From assembly GCA_031367385.1 (NCBI GenBank), contig JANLPS010000273.1, forward strand, positions 1 to 21,461: a stretch of 21,461 nt of DNA, given 5' to 3'. The translations under genes were made by a program, and so were the position numbers. The notes below the pieces were generated by a model. That model saw only the letters and a list, made by a program, of their open reading frames with translations, did not search any database and was not told the DNA's origin. The DNA comes from Archangium sp. (GTDB lineage Bacteria > Myxococcota > Myxococcia > Myxococcales > Myxococcaceae). The stretch's first letter is position 1. The number at the start of each line of letters is the position of its first letter. Of the stretch, positions 14,604 to 21,461 are shown piece after piece.

Positions 14604-17165
14604 ATGCACAAGCTCGTCGTTCTCACTGCAATCATTGGGCTTTTGGGTGCGGCGTGTAAGCCCACGACCTCGGGTTCTTCAGGCGATGACGGCGGCGCGG
14701 CGTGCCCCAAAGATCAGAAGCTCGTCAACGGCGAGTGCCGTTTCGTCTGCGGCCGCGATGGTGACTGCGCGGCAGGTCAGCGCTGCAACCTGTTGGTCGG
14801 CCAGTGCGAGCCCAAGCCCGCCGCCACCGACGCCGGCGCCCCCGTCGCCCGGTGCACCAATGGCGCGGTTCGCTGCAGCACCGACAATAAGTCGATTCAG
14901 CGCTGCCAACCCGACGGCACCTTCGTGCTCGACAGCACCTGCCCGACCCCGAACGGCTTCTGCGAAAACGGCCAATGCCTCGCCTGCCGCCCCGGCGCGA
15001 CGGCCTGTACTTCGAGCTCGACGGTCGACGTGTGCGACGAGCTGGGCAAGGCGTTTCACTCGGTCACCTGCGTGAGCGGCGCCACCTGCGCGAACAACGA
15101 GTGCCAGGCCTGCACCACAGGCGCGAAGCGGTGCAGCACCGATGGCAAGTCGTTGCAAGAATGTCAGCGGCAAGCCAACCCGGCATCGTCGACCGCGTGG
15201 GTGAACGCCGGCGATAACTTCGACGGCGCGTGCGTCACCCAGCAGTGCGTGACCGCTGGCTCGAGCGCCGCGTGCAAACCCCCAGCGTGCGTGCCTGGCG
15301 CGACGCAGTGCAAGAACGCCCAGACCCAGCAGCTGTGCAACGCGGTCGGGAGCTACGACGAGACCGTCTGCAGCACCCTGCCCGGCGCCGGCCCGACCTC
15401 CGAATGCATTGGTGGAGCCTGTGTCGATGAGTGTGCCGACGCAGTGAAGGCCAAGAGCTACTTCGGCTGCGAATACTGGGCCGCCAACCTCGACAACTCG
15501 GTCGATGCCCTCTTCAAGGCCAAGACCGCCTCGGGTCAGGGCATGGTCGACTCAGACTACGTCTTCGTGGTGACCAACCAATCGACGAGCCCGGCCACGG
15601 TCACTGTGCAGCGATTCGTCGGCACCGCCATCGTCACGGTCAAGACGGTGACCGTGCCAGGCCGAACCGACGCCGCAACCAAGGGCCTCGTGAAGATACC
15701 GGTGCCCTGGCAGTCGCAGACCAGCGCCGCGGTACCCGTGGCCACCGGCGTCACCGGGCGCGCGCGCTTCGCGTACCACTTGGTCTCGACCAAGCCGATT
15801 ACCGTCTATCAATTCAACCCCATCGACGCCGTTAAACTGACCAAGTCGTGCTCGGCTGCTCCCGGTCAACTCGACTGCAGTTGCAATGAGTTCGCAGGCT
15901 ACCCAGGTAACCTCCAGTGCAGCTTTGGAGGACCCCTCGTCTCCAACGTCAGCACCGTGGGGACCTGCACCAGCACCCCCACCGGCAACAAGTGCGGCTA
16001 CAACACCTTCAGCAACGACGCGTCACTGCTGTTGCCCGCGCACATTTTGGGCCTGAGCCACGTCGCGCTCGCGCCCGGCTCGGCGGTGGGCAAGAACGGC
16101 AGCACGCGAACCGTGTACGGAGGTCAGGTGGCGATCGTCGCGACCGCCGACAACACCACTGTCACGGTCAAGGCCTCTGGGCCTATCGCCGCCGGCACCG
16201 ACATCGCCGCGATGGCGCAAGGTGAGTCGCGCGACTTCGTGCTCAACAGCTACGAGGTGTTGCAATTGACCTCTGGTGACGGCGCCGACATCGAGTGCGC
16301 CAACCCCTTCTGCCGCATCGCCAGCGACCTCACCGGCACCATCGTCATCAGCGACAAGCCGGTCGCCGTCTTCGGTGGGCACCCCTGCGCGCAGGTGCCC
16401 TACGACAAGTTCGCCTGCGATCACGTCGAAGAGCAACTCTTTCCCTTCGAGACGTGGGGCAAGAGCTTCGCGATGGTGCCGTCAGCACCCATTCTGCTCT
16501 CTAACGGCAACCAGTCGGGCACCCCTCCCAGCTATTACAAGGTGGTCGCTGGGTGCCCGCTCTCGAAGTGCCCGAACGGCACCTTGTTGACGCTGAACCC
16601 GGCCCCTTCGGCTAGCGACGTGCTGGCTCCGCTGGGGTGCACAGCGGGCACCAGCCTGCAGGCGAACAACTGCCGTCTCTCGGGCGCCTCGTTCGTCGAG
16701 TTTCGAGCCAGCCGGGCCTTCACCCTCGTCGCCGATCAACCCATCTCGGTCGCTCAGTTCTTGACCGGCGAAGAGGCCACCAGCTCGAGCGCCGTCGAGG
16801 GTGACCCGTCGATGATTCTGCTGCCACCGGTTGAGCAGTGGCGCTCGCGGTACACGGTCTTGGCCGCCACCGGTTTGGCTCACAATTTCTTAGGGTTGGC
16901 GATCGACTCGTCGCGCGTCTCGGCGGTGTTGGTCGATGGCGTGGCGATCAGTGGCTTTCAGGCGATTACCGGCTCGACCTACCAGTTCAAGAACCACCCG
17001 GTCAGCACCGGCACCCACACCATTCAGGTCAACGCCGCGGCCGGGCAGTCGACCCTGCCAGGCGCTGGCGTGACCATCTACGGGTACGACAGCTACGTGA
17101 GCTACGGGTACACCGGTGGGCTCGACCTGAGCACCCTGGTCACCGGCACCAACCCCGGCGGGTGA
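14604..17165 (+). CDS. Cys-rich lipoprotein with IgGFc-binding protein N-terminal domain
   Basis: GGGAG at 14591-14595 then ATG 14604. Lipobox LGAAC. Four Cys-rich repeats. Family motifs SYFGCEYW, YQFNP, SNDASLLLP, DLTGT...SDKPVAVFGGH, CDHVEEQLFP..WG, GDPSM...PVEQW and SYGYTGG. Confidence 0.88.
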   Translation: MHKLVVLTAIIGLLGAACKPTTSGSSGDDGGAACPKDQKLVNGECRFVCGRDGDCAAGQRCNLLVGQCEPKPAATDAGAPVARCTNGAVRCSTDNKSIQRCQPDGTFVLDSTCPTPNGFCENGQCLACRPGATACTSSSTVDVCDELGKAFHSVTCVSGATCANNECQACTTGAKRCSTDGKSLQECQRQANPASSTAWVNAGDNFDGACVTQQCVTAGSSAACKPPACVPGATQCKNAQTQQLCNAVGSYDETVCSTLPGAGPTSECIGGACVDECADAVKAKSYFGCEYWAANLDNSVDALFKAKTASGQGMVDSDYVFVVTNQSTSPATVTVQRFVGTAIVTVKTVTVPGRTDAATKGLVKIPVPWQSQTSAAVPVATGVTGRARFAYHLVSTKPITVYQFNPIDAVKLTKSCSAAPGQLDCSCNEFAGYPGNLQCSFGGPLVSNVSTVGTCTSTPTGNKCGYNTFSNDASLLLPAHILGLSHVALAPGSAVGKNGSTRTVYGGQVAIVATADNTTVTVKASGPIAAGTDIAAMAQGESRDFVLNSYEVLQLTSGDGADIECANPFCRIASDLTGTIVISDKPVAVFGGHPCAQVPYDKFACDHVEEQLFPFETWGKSFAMVPSAPILLSNGNQSGTPPSYYKVVAGCPLSKCPNGTLLTLNPAPSASDVLAPLGCTAGTSLQANNCRLSGASFVEFRASRAFTLVADQPISVAQFLTGEEATSSSAVEGDPSMILLPPVEQWRSRYTVLAATGLAHNFLGLAIDSSRVSAVLVDGVAISGFQAITGSTYQFKNHPVSTGTHTIQVNAAAGQSTLPGAGVTIYGYDSYVSYGYTGGLDLSTLVTGTNPGG

Positions 17166-17186
17166 CCCACAGGGTCGGTTTCAGTC

Positions 17187-17393
17187 TCAGCGGATCACGG
17201 CGCGCGCTTCGCGCCAGATCTCAGGCCAGCGAATCGTCGCAAAGGCCCGCGCCAAGCGGTGACCGCTGGTGCCCTGCTCGCGACGCATGCCCTCGGCCAG
17301 CACACGCGCGACGATGAACAGGGCCAGAAGCACCAGGCCTCCGGGCACCAGCATCATCAACATCACTCCGAGTGCGCGAACCATGGTGGGCAT
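17187..17393 (-). CDS. Small membrane protein, hypothetical
   Basis: Hydrophobic hairpin LGVMLMMLVPGGLVLLALFIVARVL and amphipathic C-terminus. Fills the gap between two plus-strand genes. Alternative ATG at 17384. Confidence 0.7.
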   Translation of the reverse strand: MPTMVRALGVMLMMLVPGGLVLLALFIVARVLAEGMRREQGTSGHRLARAFATIRWPEIWREARAVIR

Positions 17394-17409
17394 GACGGGT
17401 CATTCACTT

Positions 17410-17425
17410 TGCACCTGACATGCCG
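17410..17425 (-). promoter_or_regulatory. Putative sigma54 (-24/-12) promoter
   Basis: Minus strand CGGCATGTCAGGTGCA has exact GG-N10-GC spacing, close to TGGCAC-N5-TTGCW, 17 nt upstream of ATG 17393. Confidence 0.6.
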
Positions 17426-17574
17426 AGTGCACAGGCGCCGGGCCTCCCAGTGAAGCGCAGCTTCAGAGCGGCCACCGCGGTGGGGTCACCGCGCTCCAGC
17501 CGTGTCACCGCCGCCATACCCGTCACAGGTTTTCAATCGAGATGAACACGGCGCTTAGGGTACAAGCGGTGCCG

Positions 17575-18498
17575 ATGAGCTCGTCTTTCTCAGGAGTCGA
17601 GGATGCCTCGCAGCGACTCGAGGCCGTTGGCTACTTGCCCTCGCGCGAGACCGCGACCTCGGCCTTCTTGATGGACCGGCTGGAAAAACCGGTGCTGATT
17701 GAAGGCCCCGCCGGGGTCGGCAAGACCGAGTTCGCCCGCGCCCTGGCCCAATCGCTCGGCCGCGAGCTCATTCGGTTGCAGTGCTACGAGGGGCTCGACG
17801 AGGCCAAGGCCCTCTACGAGTGGGAGTACGCCAAGCAGCTGCTCTACACCCAGCTGCTCAAAGACAAGATCGGCGAGCTGATGGCCGGCGCCGGGTCGAT
17901 TCGCGAGGCGGCTGACCGGGTCGCGGCGTCTGACGCGGTGTTCTTTTCAGAGCGGTTCTTGCTGCCCCGGCCGATCTTGCAGTCGCTGGTGAGCGAGAAG
18001 CCGGTGGTGCTGCTGGTCGACGAGATCGACAAGGCCGACCCTGAATTCGAGGCTTTTCTGCTCGAGGTGTTGGCCGACAACGCTGTCACGGTGCCCGAGC
18101 TGGGTACCATTCGCGCCAAGCACATACCCCGGGTGGTGCTGACCTCGAACACCGCCCGCGAACTCAGCGACGCGCTCAAGCGCCGGTGCCTGCACCTCCA
18201 CATCGATTACCCCACCCGAGAGCGCGAGCTGGCCATCGTTCGCCGACGCCTGCCCGACGTGCCTCTCAAGCTGGCCGAAGCGGTCGTGACGGCGGTCGCG
18301 AAGCTGCGCGATCTCGAGCTGAAAAAAGCGCCGTCGATCTCAGAGACCCTCGATTGGGCCCAGGCCTTGGTGCTGCTCAACGCCGACACCCTCTCGCCCC
18401 AACTGGTCTCGCAGACCTTGAACCTGGTGCTCAAGTACGAGAGCGACATCGAGAAGGCCAAGGGGCAGGTTCACGCGCTGGCGCAGACCGAGCCGTAG
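17575..18498 (+). CDS. MoxR-family AAA+ ATPase (CoxD-like)
   Basis: Walker A GPAGVGKT, RLQCYEGLDEAKALYEWEY, Walker B LLVDEIDKAD, TSN..RELSDALKRRC and PSISETLDW. Start at 17575 or 17542. Confidence 0.93.
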   Translation: MSSSFSGVEDASQRLEAVGYLPSRETATSAFLMDRLEKPVLIEGPAGVGKTEFARALAQSLGRELIRLQCYEGLDEAKALYEWEYAKQLLYTQLLKDKIGELMAGAGSIREAADRVAASDAVFFSERFLLPRPILQSLVSEKPVVLLVDEIDKADPEFEAFLLEVLADNAVTVPELGTIRAKHIPRVVLTSNTARELSDALKRRCLHLHIDYPTRERELAIVRRRLPDVPLKLAEAVVTAVAKLRDLELKKAPSISETLDWAQALVLLNADTLSPQLVSQTLNLVLKYESDIEKAKGQVHALAQTEP

Positions 18499-18501
18499 CG
18501 C

Positions 18502-19032
18502 TCACTCCTCGGCGGGAGTCGCCTCGACCTTGTCGAACCAGCCCTTGTAGCCAATCTTCACCGACGACTCGGGAAACGTGCCGCCACGCTTGCGGTCGAC
18601 CACGTACAGCTTGCCGTCTTTTCTACCCACAAGGTAGGCGCTCTTCTCACCCTCGGCGAGACCCTTCTCCTGCACTTGAAAATTGTCTTCGCTGGTCTCG
18701 ACGACCACGGTACCGAGTGCTGAGGGCGTGACCGCGGTGATCGTGAACTCCTTGAGCCACGATTCGACTTTCTCTTGGTACCAGGGCGCCATTGGGTGAT
18801 CTTCTTTGCCCAGTCGCTTCTTGCGTTCGGCGATGGCCTCGAGGGTCTTGGGGTGCAGCAGCTTCTTCGCGTCGGCCCACTTCTTGGCTTTGACGGCGGT
18901 GAGGTACTTCGACACCAGGTCGCGGGCTGCCTTTTCATCGGGGGTCTGCGCTTCTTGGGCGTGCGCGACGGTGCCGGCGGTTACCAGGGCGATGAGCATC
19001 GACTGCAGCCAGAGTTTGAGCATCGCGGTCAT
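18502..19032 (-). CDS. Secreted hypothetical protein
   Basis: Sec signal peptide ending AHA|QE; typical codon usage. Alternative ATG at 19023. Confidence 0.8.
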   Translation of the reverse strand: MTAMLKLWLQSMLIALVTAGTVAHAQEAQTPDEKAARDLVSKYLTAVKAKKWADAKKLLHPKTLEAIAERKKRLGKEDHPMAPWYQEKVESWLKEFTITAVTPSALGTVVVETSEDNFQVQEKGLAEGEKSAYLVGRKDGKLYVVDRKRGGTFPESSVKIGYKGWFDKVEATPAEE

Positions 19033-19046
19033 CTATGACAAACGCT

Positions 19047-19075
19047 TTGACCGCGAAACAACTGGTCTTTAAGGT
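19047..19075 (+). promoter_or_regulatory. Putative sigma70 promoter of nuoA
   Basis: TTGACC (19047-19052), 17 nt, TAAGGT (19070-19075), 9 nt before the ATG. No Shine-Dalgarno, so the leader would be very short. Confidence 0.6.
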
Positions 19076-19084
19076 GCCCAAGCG

Positions 19085-19462
19085 ATGGATTCGACTGTAA
19101 CCCCCCTGACGCCGTATTTGCCGCTCGCGCTGGTGTTGCTGGTCGCGGGCATCATGGCGTTCGCGATACCCCTGCTGGCCGGGGCGCTCGGCCCGAAGAC
19201 GATGACCCAGGTCAAGTCTGAGGCCTTCGAAGGCGGTAACGCCCCGCTGGGCTCGGCTCGCCAGCGCTTCGCGGTGAAGTTCTACGTGGTCGCCCTGCTG
19301 TTCATCGTGTTCGACGTTGAAGCCGTCTTTCTCTACCCGTGGGCGGTCAACTTCAAAGCACTCGGGTGGTTCGGCTACATGACGATGTTGGCCTTCGCTT
19401 CAACGTTGGTCATGGCCCTGGTGTACATCTGGAAAAAGGGCGCGCTGGACTGGGAGAGCTAA
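19085..19462 (+). CDS. nuoA: NADH-quinone oxidoreductase subunit A
   Basis: Three TM helices; K.EAFEGG loop, FAVKFYVVALLFIVFDVEAVFLYPWA and WKKGALDW. Confidence 0.97.
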   Translation: MDSTVTPLTPYLPLALVLLVAGIMAFAIPLLAGALGPKTMTQVKSEAFEGGNAPLGSARQRFAVKFYVVALLFIVFDVEAVFLYPWAVNFKALGWFGYMTMLAFASTLVMALVYIWKKGALDWES

Positions 19463-19467
19463 AAAAA

Positions 19468-20025
19468 ATGGCTGACGAACTCGACTTCGCACCTGCGATC
19501 ACCACCCGCCGCGACGACGCGCTGGGGTATTTTCAGAAGATCGTCTCGAAGGGCCTGGGCTGGGCGCGAAAGTACTCGCTGTTCACCTACCCCTTCGCCA
19601 CTGCCTGCTGCGGCATGGAGTACATGTCGGTGGCCGCCGGCCGCTACGACATCGCCCGCTTCGGCGCCGAGTTTCCCCGCTTCTCGCCGCGCCAGGCCGA
19701 CATGCTGATGGTGGTGGGTACGATCAACATCAAGCAGGCTCCGATCTTGAAGCGTGTGTACGAGCAGATGACCGAGCCCAAGTGGGTGGTCAGCTTCGGC
19801 GTGTGCGCGTCATCGGGCGGCTTCTACGACAACTACGCGGTGCTTCAGGGCATCGACCGCATCATTCCCGTCGACGTCTACATACCCGGGTGCCCGCCGC
19901 GGCCTGAGCAGGTGCTCGACGGGCTGATGTTGCTGCAAGACAAGATCGCGACCCAGCATCACGGCTTGGGCAACAAGCAGAAGATCACCGAGCGACCTGG
20001 CTACCGCGACCTGGCTGCCAAGTAA
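19468..20025 (+). CDS. nuoB: NADH-quinone oxidoreductase subunit B
   Basis: N2 cluster ligands TACCGME, GVCASSGG and IPGCPPRPE; SPRQAD. ATG 19468 follows the nuoA stop. Confidence 0.97.
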   Translation: MADELDFAPAITTRRDDALGYFQKIVSKGLGWARKYSLFTYPFATACCGMEYMSVAAGRYDIARFGAEFPRFSPRQADMLMVVGTINIKQAPILKRVYEQMTEPKWVVSFGVCASSGGFYDNYAVLQGIDRIIPVDVYIPGCPPRPEQVLDGLMLLQDKIATQHHGLGNKQKITERPGYRDLAAK

Positions 20026-20118
20026 CTGCAGCACGAGCGCTCGCGCCACGAACCCTACGCTCGGAAGAGGTTGCGAGGGCGAGAGAGTCGGGCGATTGAA
20101 TCAGCGGGTGCGACTCAC

Positions 20119-20346
20119 GTGATCTTGAGACTTCTCGCAGGCCTCGTCGGCGTGTTCGGTGCACTCTCCGTGCTCTGGGGCGTCGGGTACTCGCTGATCT
20201 CTCTGCTCATCATGGGGGCAGAAGGTGCGACGAGAAACGGCCTGAGCCACTTCTTCGGCACGCGCGTTGGGGTCGGCGTGATTGCGTCGGCGTTCGCTGT
20301 CTTCCTCTGGCACCTAAGTTCGAAATCAGCCGCGAAACCCGACTGA
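20119..20346 (+). CDS. Small two-TM membrane protein, hypothetical
   Basis: Two hydrophobic stretches (LLAGLVGVFGALSVLWGVGYSLISLLIM; VGVGVIASAFAVFLW). Fills the gap between nuoB and vapC. Start (GTG 20119 or TTG 20071) uncertain. Confidence 0.55.
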   Translation: MILRLLAGLVGVFGALSVLWGVGYSLISLLIMGAEGATRNGLSHFFGTRVGVGVIASAFAVFLWHLSSKSAAKPD

Positions 20347-20349
20347 AGC

Positions 20350-20754
20350 TCATGACCAATCTTCCCACGACAGGTGTTCGACCCGGCCGAGGTGGCGGTG
20401 GTTCGCGGTGACCAGCGTCGCGTCAAGGGCAACCGCATGTGCCGCAATCGCCGCATCGAAGTCTTCGATTCGGGCACCTCGGCGCTCGAGAATGGCTTTG
20501 ATTGAGCCGAACTTGAGGCTGACATCGAGCGACCAGCTGACCGACGCCAAGCGACCCCGAAGCAACTCGAACCGAGCCTGAAGCCGCTGTCGCTTTCTCG
20601 AAGCAGGGAGCCGCTCGATCCCGTAGGCAATCTCAGCCCAAACTGGCTGGGGCACGCCCACGTCGTCGGCACGCTGGCGCTCGAGGCGGGCAATGACCGC
20701 CGCGTCGCCGCGCATCAGCGCAGCGACCGCGTTGGTATCGAGAAGGTATTTCAC
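20350..20754 (-). CDS. vapC: Type II TA toxin VapC (PIN-domain ribonuclease)
   Basis: KYLLDTN, WAEIAYG, DFDAAIAAHA, LVTAN..H and EDW. GTG 20754 overlaps the antitoxin stop (GTGA). Confidence 0.93.
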   Translation of the reverse strand: MKYLLDTNAVAALMRGDAAVIARLERQRADDVGVPQPVWAEIAYGIERLPASRKRQRLQARFELLRGRLASVSWSLDVSLKFGSIKAILERRGARIEDFDAAIAAHAVALDATLVTANHRHLGRVEHLSWEDWS

Positions 20755-20999
20755 AGCTCGGGTGCTGGCTTTCGCGAGCGGCGTCGCGCGAGGTGCTTCA
20801 CCATCGAATCGACGGCGTGCACCTCTTCGTCTGAGACATCGCGAAGTGCGTCGATGAACCCCTCGGGCCACCCACCCTGCCGCTGCAGATCTTGCTCGAG
20901 GGTTTCGCAGATATAGCGACTGCGGGTGAGCCCCAACCGTCTCGCCCGGAGATCGACGCGCTGCAAGACTTGCGCAGGCAAGTGAATGGTGATCGCCAT
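20751..20999 (-). CDS. vapB: Ribbon-helix-helix (CopG-like) antitoxin
   Basis: MAITIHLPAQVLQRVDLRARRLGLTRSRYICETLEQDL is a beta-alpha-alpha RHH. 82 aa, directly upstream of vapC. Confidence 0.87.
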   Translation of the reverse strand: MAITIHLPAQVLQRVDLRARRLGLTRSRYICETLEQDLQRQGGWPEGFIDALRDVSDEEVHAVDSMVKHLARRRSRKPAPEL

Positions 21000-21035
21000 T
21001 GAGCGAATATAGATATATTCGCTCAAGTCAGTCAA
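20999..21035 (-). promoter_or_regulatory. vapBC promoter with perfect palindromic operator
   Basis: TTGAGCGAATATA-GA-TATATTCGCTCAA (20999-21026) has 13-bp perfect arms. Minus strand reads TTGACT (21035-21030), 18 nt, TATATT (21011-21006), 6 nt, ATG. Confidence 0.8.
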
Positions 21036-21194
21036 GACCAAGAAGAAGACCTCTCGCCGCGAGGGGGCGCACGATCTACCCCCCGCTCGGGTCAGCCCTA
21101 CAAACGAAAATCTCAAACCGGTCGCTCACCCTCTTTCGTCACTTGTCAGACCCCTGTGGTACCCCTTGCGCTTCACGGTGCAAAGGGGTGGGTC

Positions 21195-21461
21195 ATGGGC
21201 GAGGTGAGTGGCGCGGTTGACCGCAAAGAGTCAATCAGCACGCTGTGGGCAGAGGTGTGGCGGCAACCCTGGGCGATGCAAGTTCGCCTGGTCATGGGTG
21301 ATGCCCTTCAAGAGTCGGGCGACGCACATGGAGAGCTGATCGCGGTGCAGCTGGCGCTCGAGCGGCTGCCTGACGATGACGATACCGGGGGCGATACGCG
21401 AGAGCTTCGTGACGCGCTCGAGGTTCGGCAGACGCAGCTCTTCAAGCAGTTGCGGGCCCGG
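21195..21461 (+). CDS. TIGR02996-like domain protein, partial (runs off the window; not in the ORF track)
   Basis: MGEVSGAVDRKESISTLWAEVWRQPWAMQVRLVMGDALQESGDAHGELIAVQLALERL... resembles P-x-D...RLVYADWL-x-E-x-GD-x-RGE-x-I-x-x-Q. No stop before the window end. Confidence 0.72.
   Translation, partial: MGEVSGAVDRKESISTLWAEVWRQPWAMQVRLVMGDALQESGDAHGELIAVQLALERLPDDDDTGGDTRELRDALEVRQTQLFKQLRAR

Noticed and set aside
19339..19467. Extended nuoB start at 19339
   Set aside because: It overlaps nuoA by 124 nt. ATG 19468 directly follows the nuoA stop and gives a normal-length NuoB.
21059..21090. G-run/C-run hairpin upstream of vapB as a terminator
   Set aside because: Imperfect stem with no U-tract on either strand.
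20755..21116. Long N-terminal extensions of vapC (to 20871) and of the antitoxin (to 21116)
   Set aside because: The PIN domain starts at GTG 20754 with a GTGA overlap, and the RHH starts at ATG 20999 right behind a clear promoter.

Overview
High-GC bacterial chromosomal DNA, almost certainly Myxococcota (Myxococcaceae/Archangiaceae-like), because it carries a full-length aglZ gliding-motility gene. Gene order: two inverted-repeat elements (one REP/REPIN-like); a small MerR-type HTH gene; a possible frameshifted FGE-sulfatase remnant; an ECF sigma/TPR anti-sigma pair divergent from a lipoprotein with a probable beta-propeller and a diheme cytochrome c peroxidase-like domain; a membrane-anchored coiled-coil protein; an orphan DpnA-like adenine methyltransferase coupled to a permuted NlpC/P60 hydrolase; a Rho_N-like microprotein; a GT4 glycosyltransferase with a ~680-aa disordered tail; aglZ; a Cys-rich IgGFc-binding-domain lipoprotein; a small membrane protein with a sigma54-type promoter; a MoxR/CoxD AAA+ ATPase; a secreted hypothetical protein; nuoA-nuoB; then accessory genes (small membrane protein, vapBC, partial TIGR02996-like gene) in place of nuoC/D. 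The best candidate for an undescribed system is the ECF/anti-sigma/cytochrome module. Its intergenic region holds two mirror-image copies of GTGAGCCG-N15/16-GGGTC, one aimed at each gene. All calls come from motif recognition by eye. No searches were run, so novelty is unverified.
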